Shown here: piece by piece, positions 9,001-18,400 of the stretch | Layout: every line of letters begins with the position of its first letter | Position numbering within the stretch: the stretch's first letter is position 1 | Notes under the pieces: generated by a model | Databases searched by the model: none | Told to the model about the DNA's origin: nothing | The model's input: the letters and a program-made list of their open reading frames with translations, nothing else | Assembly: GCA_965204735.1 (NCBI GenBank) | Contig: OZ242008.1 | Span: 1,536,001-1,600,000, forward strand | DNA: 64,000 nucleotides | Origin: Longimicrobiales bacterium | Lineage (GTDB): Bacteria; Gemmatimonadota; Gemmatimonadetes; Longimicrobiales; Gaopeijiaceae | Direction of reading: 5' to 3' | Program-made: the position numbers and the translations under genes

Positions 9001-11538
9001 CGCGACGACGCGCTGACGTACAGCTTGGCGCAGGGCGACGCGGGTCGGTTCCAGGTGGACGGCGCGAGCGGTGCGGTGCGCTACGTGGGCGCCGGCGAGG
9101 ACTACGAGGACGGTCCACCGGAGTTCGCGCTGACGGTGCGCGTGACGGACACGGGCGGACTGACGGTGGAGGCGGCGGTCATGGTGACGCTGCTGGACGT
9201 GAACGAGGGGCCGGAGGCGGTGGGTTCGCTGTCGCCGCCGGTGCTCGAGGTGGGCGGTGCGCCGTGGGAGGTAGGTCTGGGCGAGTACTTCCGGGACCCG
9301 GACGGCGACGCGCTGAGCTACGTGGTGGTGTCGTCGTCGCCGGATGTGGCGGCGGCTTCGGTGTCGGGCGCGGGGCGGTTGTCGGTGGCGCCGCGGGAGA
9401 TCGGCGCGGCGGTGGTGACGGTGACGGCGACGGACGCGGAGGGCTTGACGGCGACGCAGCAGGCGAGCGTGACGGTGGCGGCGTCGCGTGCGGATCGTGC
9501 GCGGGCGTTGAAGCTGACGCTGGCGGCGTTCGGACGGTCTCTGGGGACGGAGACGGTGGAGGCGATCGGCGGTCGGTTGGGTCTGGAGTCGTCGGGTTCG
9601 CCGGGCGGCTCGCATGTGCAGCTGGGCGGCCGCTCGCTGAGCTGCGTCGCGTTCGGCGGCGGCCGTGGCTTGGGCGGTGTGTCCAGCGGCACGGCCTCGT
9701 CCCGCACGTTCGGTGACGACGGCGCGGCTGGCGGCGCGGACGCGGACCAGGGCGAGTCGGGCCAGAGCGGCGCGGCTGGCACCCCGGCCGCGGGCCAGGG
9801 CGGCTCAGGCCAAGACGGTTCGGGCCAGGGCCCGGGCGAGTCGGCCCAGGCCAGCACGTCCTCGACCCACGCCGGTTCGGGCCGCTGGTGCGGGCTCGAG
9901 TCGCTGGTGCGGGACGCAACGGGCCTGCTCGGGTTCCAGATCACGCATCCGGGCACCGGGTCGGGACCCGGCGGCATCCCGAGCGGGACGCTGGACTTGG
10001 CCGCCATCTTCTTCGGCGACGGCGCGACGGGCATGGGCGCCGCCGGGGGCGCCTCGCTCGGTCAAGGCGGCTCGTACCAGGGTCAGCGGGAAGATGCCAC
10101 GCTGCCCGCCGAGCGTGAGCGCGGCGGCATCGCCTTCAGCCCGCTGACGGGCCGCGACCTCCGCTCCCGGAGTTCGTTCCAGCTCTCCTTCGGCGGCGGC
10201 TCGCCCGACGAGCAGGGCGCCGGCGCCGCCCCGGCGCAGACGGCCTCCCAGGCCGGCTGGACGCTGTGGGGCCAGGCCAACGTGGGCGAGTTCGAGGGCC
10301 GCCCCGAAGACGACTTCGCCATGGACGGCCGCACCCGCTCGGCGTACGTGGGCCTGGACTACCGCTTCGGCTCGGGCTTCCTGATGGGCTTGGCCGGCTC
10401 GCGCAGCGACGTGGCGGCGAACTACGAGAGCGGGATCAACGGCGCGGGCAAGACGAAGGCCCACCTGACCAGCCTCTACCCCTACCTGAGCTGGTCGTCC
10501 CAGGGCGGCTTCGGGATATGGGGCTTGGCGGGCGCGGGGATGGGCGCCGCCAACGTGGGCGAGATGGGTCCGACCTACGACGCCGACCTGCGGATGCGGA
10601 TGGGCGCGCTGGGCGTGCGCCAGAAGCTGGTGGGCGGCTTGGCGCTGAAGGCCGACGCCTTCGCGGTGCGCATGATGACGGACGCGTCGAACGGACATGT
10701 GGCTGCCGTGACGGCCGACGCGCAGCGTGTGCGGCTGGCGCCCGAGCTGGGCGGCCAATGGTCCGGCGGCAGCATCGCGATGCGGACGCGCATCGAGGTG
10801 GGCGGTCGCTACGACCGGGGCGACGCGGAGACGGGGATGGGCGCCGAAGCGGGTGCCGAGCTGGGCTTCACGCATGCGGGCAGCGGCTTGAGCCTGGACG
10901 CCCGTGGTCGGATGCTGCTGATCCACCAGGACCGGAACTTCAAGGATTGGGGCGCGGCGGTGGCGCTGCGTATTCAGCCGCGCTCGGAGGTGGGCGGGCT
11001 GTCGTTCTCGCTGGAGCCGTCGTGGGGCAATGCTGCGGGGGGCGCGCAGACACTGTGGCAGGGCGGCGGCGACGTATGGCGGAGCGCGAGCGTGACGGGC
11101 CTGGGCGCGGCGGTTCCCGCGAGTCCAGGCAGCGGCGTGCCGGCCGGCGGCGGCCAAGCCGGCCACGGCGGCCCCACCGGTCAAGGCGGTCCCGCGAGCC
11201 TTGGCGCCGGGCCGGCCCATGGCTTCCCGTCCGCCTACGGCTTCGGAGCGACTCAGGACGCACGCGGCTGGACGCCGGACCGCCTGGCGATGGAGGTGGG
11301 CTACGGCGTGGCGTTGCCTGGCGGCAGCCGGATCAAGCCGTTCGGCCGCTGGAGCCGCGAGGGCGCGGCGGGCTACCGTCTGAACGTGGGGACCCAGTGG
11401 GCGACGCTGGGCGGCGAAACCGCCGAGCAGCAGACCCCCGGTCTCCGCCTGGTGATGGACTTCTTCGGCGAGCAGGTGGCCACTGGCTTCCAGCCCCCGG
11501 AACGCCGCGTCGGACTCCTCGGCAAGATCACCTTCTGA
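1..11538 (+). CDS. Giant repetitive surface adhesin / autotransporter-like protein 1 (5'-partial): 20 visible ~125-aa Ig-like repeats, 5 cadherin domains plus 1 cadherin-like domain, Gly-rich linker, C-terminal beta-barrel
   Basis: Frame is open from base 1. Repeated unit VTGTPQLAL.IG..TRQA.Y.SGTG...LVFRY.V...D.D.DG(I/L)SIGASAL.LNGGTI. Cadherin linkers such as NVNDAPVF and DVNEAPAF with ATDPD motifs at ~7695-9480. Barrel-like region from WTLWGQ (~10258), ending in terminal Phe (GKITF). Confidence 0.85.
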   Translation, partial: VGVSINDAPADSTFELGDVVVVTVEFNAAVTVTGTPRVRVGVGSSLRNAWYQRGSGTTSLEFEYTVVQTHVDTDGISIGASALETPSGSTIRRSGTTTDALLGLGVHAISNSAAHKVAGNTVTTPVVKGMRVSSTPAVGDTYLGGEAIEVEVEFVRGVYVGGTPQLALEVGDSTRQAEYNRRDATFTRVTFRYVVQATDMDADGISVGAGALVRSAGDTIGDGRQRSDAADLALGSHTFTNAAGHKVQGNIPYVTSVFFLSATLSGINYASTDSVFGLGDLIRVGVGFNTGVTVTGTPSLALGIGAQTRSIAQCGTTGGGTILVFCYTVVAADADSTGISIGANALTLPGGATIRGTGTTTDARLTLTPWSFADAAAFQVDGTKEVAPGVSGVTISSTPASDSTYGRTEAIEVEVEFERPVAVTGTPQLALSIDTLTRQASYTSGSETRTLVFRYTVVAADADSTGISIGASALGLGGGTIVLAGGTAAASLGLGTNAIANAAAHKVDGSLGPPGVTELAISSPVVGDTFERGETIGVELTFSRAVDVTGTPQLALGIGSATRQASYASGTGSTGLLFQYVVASGDADADGLSIGASALALNGGTIRLAGGALDATLGLGASAVTNSADHKVAGGTFTTPSVSAVTVSSAPAADSTYKLGESIEVKVAFGRPVAVTGSPRLALTIGTATRQASYDSASSKVDTLVFGYSIRPVDADTDGISIGASALALNGGTIADVRPGAAAAALGLGSSAVTNDAAHKVDGLQGPPGVTNLTVASPPVGTTFERGDTIVATVRFNKSVDVTGTPQLALGIGAQTRQAAYASGTGTTSLVFRYVVVAADVDPDGLSVGASALTLNGGTIDVAGGTTDALLSLEHQAFSNFLAVNGGAFTAASVAGVTISSTPASDSTYGRTERIEVEVTFNRRVAVTDTPQVALTIGSQTRQAEYASGTGTKTLTFGYAVVAADTDANGISIGASALALNGGTISDARDATMAAGLGLGSYAIANAAAHKVDGAQGPPGVTGLVVASPPTGDTFERGDAIAVTVTFNRAVDVTGTPQLALGIGSQTRQASYASGTGTASLVFQYTVVTADVDADGLSIGASALALNSGTIRLSGGTLDATLGLGTHAVTNSTGHKVAGGTFTASSVSGVTISSSPSSGDTYGLGEEIEVEVSFVRPVVTGGAPQLALTVGARTRQAEYASGTFTKTLTFSYEVLAADADSNGISIGASALALNGGTINDARGGSTAASLGLGSSAIANAAAHKVDGALGPPGVSALSIGSPHVGDTFERGETIEVKVAFTKAVAVTGTPQLALGIGSATKQASYAAGTGTDTLVFRYVVVTADEDSTGISIGTSALALNGGTIRVSGGATDAVLSLRDHFVTDNGNYKVAGGTFTVAAVSGVTISSTPSSDSTYGRTERIEVEVGFTRPVAVTGGPQLALGIGSQTRQAAYASGSGTATLVFEYTVVAADEDSTGISIGASALALNSGAINDARDGTAASLGLGSNAISNAAAHKVDGSRGPPGVTGLSISAPTVGDTFERGETIEVSLVFNRSVDVTGVPRLALTIGSATRQASYASGTGTDTLVFRYVVASGDADSDGISIAASALALSGGTIRVAGGTLDAVLGLGASVVTNSGSHKVAGGTFTTPAVSAVTISSAPAADSTYKLGESIEVKVAFGRPVAVTGTPRLALTIGTQTRQASYVAASSKADTLVFGYTVRPADADTDGISIGASALTLNGGSIADVRPGAAAAALSLGSNAVSNAAAHKVNGSLGPPGVVGLSVAAPLVGSTFERGDTVVATVTFNKAVDVTGAPQLALSIGAQQVGAYAGAATGTTSLEFRYVVISGDVDTDGLSIRANALTLNGGTIDVAGGTTDALLSLAHHAISNDGALRVAGGTFTAAAVSEVSITSSPAGASTYGLSEEIEVEVTFNRNVTVTGAPQLALTIGSQTRQAAYDSATSVGAGGRVLTFRYTVAAADADANGISIGASALTLNGGTIADARDGSTAASLGLGSHAIANSTGHRVDGAQGPPGVSGVSIASPPVGDTFERGDTIIATVTFNKGVDVTGTPQLALTIGTQTRQASYSSGTGTASLVFRYVVVTADVDADGLSIGASALVLNGGMIDVANGTVDAVLGLGAHAVTNSAGHKVAGGTFTAASVSGVSLTSSPAVATTYGRGEQIEVQVTFNRRVSVTGTPQVALTVGAQTRQAGYASGTGTTALVFRYTVVAADADTDGIEVGASALALNSGTIADARNGTTAAALGLGSHALSAAAGHKVDGTLAGASVSGVVVSSTPESGDTYGLGERIEVQVTFDRAVTVTGAPQLALTVGTATRQASYVGGSGTATLSFAYRVQGAGSGGSGTGGVDADADGVGVAAAALTLNGATIVNTADGVRPAVLALGSHAITAAANDKVDGTVEAAPVVVGLAVTSTPGASGLYGPRSVIRVAVTFSRPVDVAGAPQQAGHMSAATAPVRLAIEIGTAVRQASYVSGSGTPVLVFEYVVQPADRDEDGISIPADALTATGGALRIAGGTTAAALDLSGYEVENLEEHQVNGAGGTDPVFGRAEYEFKLTEDVAGPVVVGTVSATDPFGGEVTYSLAAGDEGLFEVDARTGEVRYVGTGEDAESRSEFVMIVRATADDGERTGDATVTVRLVNVNDAPVFTAERYAFAMAENVAGPLALGVAEAVDLDEGDTLTYRLATGDADRFEVDGATGEVRYVGAGEDYEGAGPKSWELEVTATDLAGASAKALVAVALTNVNEEPAFADSAYAFDLAENARGPLLLGEVRATDPDGGDWLSYALAAGDAERFKVNATSGAVRYVGSGEDAETGPGSWELEVTATDRGGLTARARVVVTLEDRNEGPVFVEPIWEWELAEHVAGPVELGAVEATDVDAGDTLRYSLSGAGAALFDVGESSGVVRYVGAGEDAETGPEGWEFEVVATDRAGLAAVAKVRVLLLDVNEAPAFVDSAYAFELAENARGPRELGRVEATDPDRDDALTYSLAQGDAGRFQVDGASGAVRYVGAGEDYEDGPPEFALTVRVTDTGGLTVEAAVMVTLLDVNEGPEAVGSLSPPVLEVGGAPWEVGLGEYFRDPDGDALSYVVVSSSPDVAAASVSGAGRLSVAPREIGAAVVTVTATDAEGLTATQQASVTVAASRADRARALKLTLAAFGRSLGTETVEAIGGRLGLESSGSPGGSHVQLGGRSLSCVAFGGGRGLGGVSSGTASSRTFGDDGAAGGADADQGESGQSGAAGTPAAGQGGSGQDGSGQGPGESAQASTSSTHAGSGRWCGLESLVRDATGLLGFQITHPGTGSGPGGIPSGTLDLAAIFFGDGATGMGAAGGASLGQGGSYQGQREDATLPAERERGGIAFSPLTGRDLRSRSSFQLSFGGGSPDEQGAGAAPAQTASQAGWTLWGQANVGEFEGRPEDDFAMDGRTRSAYVGLDYRFGSGFLMGLAGSRSDVAANYESGINGAGKTKAHLTSLYPYLSWSSQGGFGIWGLAGAGMGAANVGEMGPTYDADLRMRMGALGVRQKLVGGLALKADAFAVRMMTDASNGHVAAVTADAQRVRLAPELGGQWSGGSIAMRTRIEVGGRYDRGDAETGMGAEAGAELGFTHAGSGLSLDARGRMLLIHQDRNFKDWGAAVALRIQPRSEVGGLSFSLEPSWGNAAGGAQTLWQGGGDVWRSASVTGLGAAVPASPGSGVPAGGGQAGHGGPTGQGGPASLGAGPAHGFPSAYGFGATQDARGWTPDRLAMEVGYGVALPGGSRIKPFGRWSREGAAGYRLNVGTQWATLGGETAEQQTPGLRLVMDFFGEQVATGFQPPERRVGLLGKITF

Positions 11539-11596
11539 GAAGGGCCGGAAGATCGCTGCCGGCGCTGTTCGTCGCCTTCGGGCTGGGCGAGTTGGC

Positions 11597-12250
11597 GTGA
11601 AGCTGGGGGGCGCCGGCACAGCGGGGGCTTGGCGCGTCCATGCGTCTCTGGCGCTAGCGGTCGCGTCGGGCGTCGTGTTTGGCGGATGCGGCAACGGTCC
11701 CGACGCTGGCCCTGGTCGTGCCCCCGGCAACGCCCCCGGCGCCGAGTCCGATCCCCCGGGCCTCCCCGACCACGCACCCGACCGGTTCGGCTTCGGTTCG
11801 GCCGCATCCGACGCTCGGATCGCTCTCTGGGACATCGACGTCAAGCCCGACGGCGCCGGGCTGCCTCCCGGAAGCGGCTCGGTGGAGGAAGGCCGTCGCC
11901 TCTACCAAGTCCAGTGCATGGCGTGCCACGGTCCCACCGGAACCGAAGGCCCCAACGACCGGCTCGTGCCCGCCGGCGAGTGGGAGCAGTGGCCGCAAGG
12001 TCGCGCGGTCGGAGGCTACTGGCCCTACGCCACGACCCTCTTCGACTACGTGCGCCGGGCCATGCCCCAAGCGACTCCGGGCTCCCTCTCGGACGACCAG
12101 GTCTACGCAGTGTCCGCCTACGTCCTCCACCTGAACGGCCTGTTGCCTGCCGATGCCACGCTCGACTCGGCGTCCCTGGCGGCCGTGGAGATGCCCGCTC
12201 GGAACCGCTTCGTCCCCGACGACCGGCGGGGCGGTCTGGAGGTGCGGTAG
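11597..12250 (+). CDS. Monoheme c-type cytochrome, SoxD/SorB-like, probable lipoprotein
   Basis: CMACH heme motif; family-typical WDIDVKPDG.GLPPGSGSV and YWPYATTLFDYVRRAMP segments; hydrophobic leader ending in FGGC. Confidence 0.85.
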   Translation: MKLGGAGTAGAWRVHASLALAVASGVVFGGCGNGPDAGPGRAPGNAPGAESDPPGLPDHAPDRFGFGSAASDARIALWDIDVKPDGAGLPPGSGSVEEGRRLYQVQCMACHGPTGTEGPNDRLVPAGEWEQWPQGRAVGGYWPYATTLFDYVRRAMPQATPGSLSDDQVYAVSAYVLHLNGLLPADATLDSASLAAVEMPARNRFVPDDRRGGLEVR

Positions 12251-12330
12251 CCCGCGACGCAAAGCCGCCTTCGACTCGTCGTGACGGCTGACCGACGCCT
12301 TCGGTACGACAACACGCGGCCACTCCAGTC

Positions 12331-12395
12331 TTGATTTCGCGGTTACGATTACCTATAGCTGTAACGACGGTGGTGCACAGACTCAATTCATTGAG
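12331..12395 (+). promoter_or_regulatory. Putative promoter/operator region of adhesin 2
   Basis: AT-rich patch. TTGATT(12331-36)-N17-TATAGC(12354-59). Inverted repeats GTTAC..GTAAC (12342-12365) and CTCAAT-TC-ATTGAG (12382-12395). Confidence 0.4.
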
Positions 12396-12451
12396 CGAGC
12401 GAGTTCTGAGTGGACTATCCATCAGCGAACCGGCGAGCAGCTGCGACCCCT

Positions 12452-12492
12452 GCCGAATGCCCGCAGCGACCCCCCTCGCCGAATGCCCGCAG
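12452..12492 (+). repeat. 15-bp direct repeat GCCGAATGCCCGCAG x2, each carrying an ATG in a different frame
   Basis: Copies at 12452-12466 and 12478-12492; ATGs at 12457 and 12483. Confidence 0.85.
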
Positions 12493-15400
12493 ACGGGCGT
12501 CGTTATTGGCCCCCCCCCCCCCCCCTTGTGGTTGGGCTGGCCCGAGCGTTCCAGGCCTACGCGATGCCGCCAGCGCTAGCAAGGACGACGCTCGCGGCCC
12601 TCGGCCTGCTGGCGGCGGCGTTCGGGACCACGGGCGCGCCGACGCCGCTGGGCGCCCAGACTGCGCCCGCAGTGGACAGCGTGTACATCGTCAGCACGCC
12701 AGCGGCCGCCGCCAGCACGTACGGGACGACGGAGCAGATCCGGGTGACGGTGACGTTCGACCAGAACATCGACATGGCGGGAACGGCTCCGTACCTGAAC
12801 CTGACGATTGGGGCGAACACTAGGCAAGCTACTCGGTGCGCGACGCTGGACGACGGGGCGAGCTTCTGCTACACGGTCGTGGCTGCGGACAACGACTCGG
12901 ACGGCATCAGCATCGGAGCGAGCGCGCTGGTTCTCCCGTCGGGAGGCACGATCACGGCGCAGGGCACCACGACGAATGCGAACCTGTCGCTTGGAACCCA
13001 TGCCGTCAGCAACGACGCCGGCCACAAGGTGAACGGCACTCTGATCACCCCGACGGTGACCGGCGTAGTGTGGCAGAGCTCTCCCGGACCCGATTCGACG
13101 TACGTCCTAGGCGACGTCGTAATCATCAGAGTCTATTGGGACCAACCGGTAAACTGGCCTGCTTATCTGCACCAAATGAACTTCGACTTCCAGATTGGAG
13201 AGCACTCTCGCCGGGTGACTTGGTACACTCGTACTGCTGACCACAGAGATCTGGCGTTCCGCTACACGATAACGGCGAACGACTTCGACGCGGACGGCAT
13301 CAGCCTGCCCGCGGACGGGATTGTCCTTGACTTGGCCACGCCCCCCACACCCTGGCCCACTCGCGTAGGAGGCACGGCGCGAGTCGACGTGTCGCTCGGC
13401 GCGCACGCCGTCATGAACGCCGCCGGGCACAAGGTGGACGGTCGCGTTCCAAGCGTCGTGCGCACGTCGATCACGAGCGACGCGGGGACGGACAGCACGT
13501 ACGTTCGGGGCGACGTGATCGACATTGGAGTCGTGTTCAGCGAAAACGTGGACGTGACGGGCACGCCGCAGCTGGCGCTGACGGTCGGCGCGGCGACACG
13601 GCAGGCGAACTACGTGTCGGGCACGGGCAGCGACTCGCTGACGTTCCGCTACTCGGTGTTGTCGGGAGACGCGGACAGCACCGGGATCAGCTATGCGGCG
13701 GCCGCGCTGACGCTGAACGGCGGCACGATCAACAAGGCGAACCAAACGGTGGCAGCGGCCCTTGGGCTGGGGAGCGCGGTGGTCACGAACGCGGCGGACC
13801 ACAAGGTGGACGGCACCACGGGGCCGCCGGTGGTCACGGGCGTGTCGATCACGAGCGACGCGGGGACGGACAGCATCTATGCGTCGGGCGACACGATCGA
13901 AGCAGTGGTCGTGTTCAACGAGAACGTGACGGTGACGGGGACGCCGCAGCTGGCGCTGACGATCGGTTCGCAGACGCGGCAGGCGAACTACGTCTCGGGG
14001 AGTGGGAACGATTCGCTGACGTTCACCTACGTGGCTGCGACGGGAGACTTGGACGAAGACGGGGTGAGCATCGGATCGAACGCGCTGACGCTGAACGGCG
14101 GGACGATCAAGCGGGGCACGACGGTGGACGCGGCGTTGTCGCTGATTGGCAGGGAGGTAGCGAACGCGCTCGCCCACAGGGTCGTGGTTGTGACGAGCCT
14201 CGCGCACGTCACGGGCACATCGATCATCAGCGATCCGGGGACGGACAGCACCTACGCGCCGGGCGACACGATCGAGGTATTGGTCGTGTTCAACGAGAAC
14301 GTGGACGTGACGGGCACGCCGCAGCTGGCGTTGGAGATCGGCGCGGCGACGCGGCAGGCGAACTACGCGTCGGGTACGGGCAACGACTCGCTGACGTTCC
14401 GCTACGTCGTGGTGCCTTCAGACACCGACACCACCGGGATCAGCTATTCGTGGAACGCGCTCACGCTGAACGGGGGAACGATCAAGCGGGCCGGGGCGAC
14501 GGCGGACGCGTACCTTGGCTTTCGGACCCACGTGGTCACCGACGACAGGGCCCACCGCGTGTTTTATGTCATCTCCACGGTGACGGGCTTGTCGGTCAAT
14601 TCGGCGGGTCCGGACTCGACGTTCGTCAGAGGCGACACGGTGAAGGTGACGCTCTCCTTCACAGACACGGTCGTCGTGACGGGCACGCCGCGGGTGAGGA
14701 TCTGGCTGGGCGCTACTCACGGCTGGGCGACCTACCACTCGGGGTCGGGCACGAGCGAGTTGGAGTTCCGCTACGTGGTGCAGTCGGGGATCGACGACAA
14801 AAACGGCGTAGGGATACTGGCCGACGCCGTCGACCTGAACGGGGGTACGATCAGGGACGCCAACGAGGTCAACGTGAATCCACGGATAGACGCGTCGCTG
14901 ACGATAGTGGACGATCCCAGATGGAAGGTGGCGGGCTTGACGCGAGTGACGAGCGTTTCGGTGGGGCGGCCGCCGACGGGCGACGTGTTCGAGCGTGGCG
15001 ACACGATCGTGGTGACGGTGGTCTACTCGGACTCGGTGGACGTGACGGGCGTTCCGACGGCGTGGCTGAAGCTCACGTCGGCTGCGTACAGGCCGGCGCT
15101 GTACGCGTCGGGCACGGGCACGGACACTCTGGAGTTCCGCTACGTGGTGGAGGCGGGGGACCACGACAACGACGGCCTTAGCCTCTACGGCACCGCGATT
15201 CAGTTGACGGGGGGCTCGACGATCAGAGAGGCGGGCACCACGACGAGCGCGTTTCACGACACGCCCTGGCCCTATCTGGGCCAGGACGCGATCGCGAACA
15301 GCGCGGGCCACAAGGTGGCGGGCGCGGCGCGCATAGCGAGCGTGTCGGTGGGGTCGCCGCCGGTGGGCGACACGTTCGAGCGTGGCGACACGATCAAGGT

Positions 15401-18400
15401 GACGCTGGTCTACACGGACTCGGTGGACGTGACGGGGGTTCCGACGGTGTGGGTGACGATCGGGGCGAATCCGTGGGCGGGGGCGACGTACGCTTCAGGC
15501 AGCGGGACGGACTCGTTGGAGTTCCACTACGTGGTGCAGTCTGGGGACGCGGACGCCGACGGGATCAGCATGGTGGGCAACGCATTGCAGTGGACGGGGG
15601 GCTCGACGATCAGGGAGGCGGGCACAAGCACGAACACGTTTAGTGAGACGCCGTGGCGGGGCCCGGGTTCAGGCGGGTACGCGATTACGAACAGCGCGGG
15701 CCACAAGGTGGCGGGCGGGACGTTCACGGCGTCGTCGGTGAGCGGCGTGGCGATCACGAGCACGCCGTCGAGCGACAGCACGTATGGACGGACGGAGCGG
15801 ATCGAGGTCGAGGTGTCGTTCAGCCGCACGGTGACGGTGACGGGCACGCCGCAGCTGGCGCTGTCGATCGACACGCTGACGCGGCAGGCGGCGTACGCGA
15901 GCGGGACGGGTACGAAGACGCTGACGTTCGGCTACGTGGTGGCGGCTGCGGACGCGGACTCGACGGGGATCAGCATCGGCGCGAGCGCTTTGACGCTGAA
16001 CAGCGGGGCGATCAACGACGCGCGCGACAGCACGATGGCGGCGAGCTTGGGTCTGGGCACGAACGCGATCGCGAACGCGGCTGCGCACAAGGTGAACGGC
16101 AACCTGGGTCCGCCGGGCGTGACGGGGTTGTCGATCAGTGCGCCGACGGTGGGCGACACCTTCGAGCGGGGCGAGACGATCGAGATGTCGCTGGTGTTCA
16201 ACCGCGCGGTGGCGGTGACGGGGACGCCGCAGCTGGCGCTGGGGATCGGCGCGGCGACGAAGCAGGCGAGCTACGCATCGGGGACAGGCACGACGACGCT
16301 GGTGTTCCGGTACGTGGTGGTGGCTGCGGACGCGGACGCGGACGGGTTGAGCATCGGCGCGAGCGCTTTGGCGCTGAACGGCGGGACGATCAGGCTGGCC
16401 GGCGGCGCCCTGGACGCGACTTTGGGGCTGGGCGCGAGCGCGGTGACGAACAGCGGGGGCCACAAGGTGGCGGGCGGCACGTTCACGACGCCGTCGGTGA
16501 GCGCGGTGACGGTGTCGAGCGCGCCTGCTGCGGACAGCACGTACAAGCTGGGCGAGTCGATCGAGGTGAAGGTGGCGTTCGACCGACCGGTGGCGGTGAC
16601 GGGTTCGCCGCGGCTGGCGCTGACGATTGGGACGGTCACTCGTCAGGCGAGCTACGATTCGGCTTCGAGCAAGGTGGACACGCTGGTGTTCGGGTACGGG
16701 GTCCGTCCGGCGGACACGGACACCGACGGGATCAGCATCGGCGCGAGCGCGTTGGCGCTGAACGGCGGTACGATCAACGACGTGCGGCCGGGCGCTGCTT
16801 CGGCTGCGCTGGGCTTGGGGTCGAGCGCTGTGACGAACGCTGCGGCGCACAAGGTGGACGGCCTGCAGGGTCCGCCGGGCGTGACGAACCTGACGGTGGC
16901 TTCGCCGCCGGTGGGCACGACGTTCGAGCGTGGCGACACGATCGTTGCGACGGTGCGGTTCAACAAGTCGGTGGACGTGACAGGTACGCCGCAGCTGGCA
17001 TTGGGGATCGGTTCGCAGACGCGGCAGGCGGCGTACGCGTCGGGGACGGGCTCCTCGGCGCTGGTGTTCCGGTACGTGGTGGTGGCTGCGGACGTGGATC
17101 CGGACGGGTTGAGCGTGGGCGCGAACGCCTTGACGCTGAACGGGGGGACGATCGACGTGGCGGGCGGGACGACGGACGCCCTGCTGAGCTTGGAGCACCA
17201 GGCGTTCAGCAACTTCCTGGTGGTGAACGGCGGGGCGTTCACGGCGGCGACGGTTGCGGGTGTAACGATATCAAGCGCTCCGGCGAGCGACAGCACGTAC
17301 GGCCGGACGGAGCGGATCGAGGTCGAGGTGTCGTTCAACCGGCGCGTGGCGGTGACGGACACGCCGCAGGTGGCGCTGACGATTGGTACGCAGACGCGGC
17401 AGGCGGAGTACGCGAGCGGGACGGGGACGAAGACGCTGACGTTCGGCTACACGGTGGTGGCTGCGGACAGCGATGCGAACGGGATCAGCCTCGGGGCGAG
17501 CGCATTGGCGCTGAACGGCGGGACGATCTCGGACGCTCGGGACGCGACGATGGCGGCGGGCCTGGGCCTGGGGAGCTACGCGATTGCGAACGCTGCTGCG
17601 CACAAGGTGGACGGCAACCTGGGGCCGCCGGGGGTGACGGGCTTGGTCGTGGCGTCCCCGCCCGTGGGCGACACGTTCGAGCGGGGCGACGTGATTGCGG
17701 CGACGTTGACGTTCAACCGTGCGGTGGACGTGACGGGTACGCCGCAGCTGGCGCTGGGGATCGGTACGCAGACGCGGCAGGCGGCGTACGCGAGCGGCAC
17801 GGGCACGACGGCGCTGGTGTTCCAGTACACGGTGGTGACTGCGGACGTGGACGCGGACGGGTTGAGCGTTGGGACGAGCGCGCTGGGGCTGAACAGCGGG
17901 ACGATCCGGCTGTCCGGCGGCACGCTGGACGCGACCCTGGGACTGGGCACGCACGCGGTGTCGAACAGCACGGGCCACAAGGTAGCGGGCGGGACGTTCA
18001 CGGCGTCGTCGGTGAGCGGCGTAACGATCTCGAGTAGCCCGTCGAGCGGGGACACGTACGGGCTGGGCGAGGAGATTGAGGTCGAGGTGGCGTTCGCGCG
18101 GCCGGTGAACGTGACGGGCGCGCCGCAGCTGGCATTGACGGTGGGCGCGGTGACGCGGCAGGCGGAGTACGCGAGCGGGACGGGGACGAAGACGCTGACG
18201 TTCGGCTACGAGGTGGCGGCTGCGGACGCGGATGCGGACGGGATCGGCGTCGGCGCGAGCGCGTTGGCTCTGAACAGCGGCACGATCAACGACGCGCGCC
18301 TCACGGGCGCGACGGCGGCAAGCCTGGGCTTGGGATCCAGCGCGATCGCGAACGCGGCGTCGCACAAGGTGGACGGCGCGCTCGGACCACCGGGTGTGAG

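Noticed and set aside
12660..15737. Diversity-generating retroelement target in the adhesin tips
   Set aside because: No reverse transcriptase and no template/variable repeat pair with adenine-specific differences was seen.
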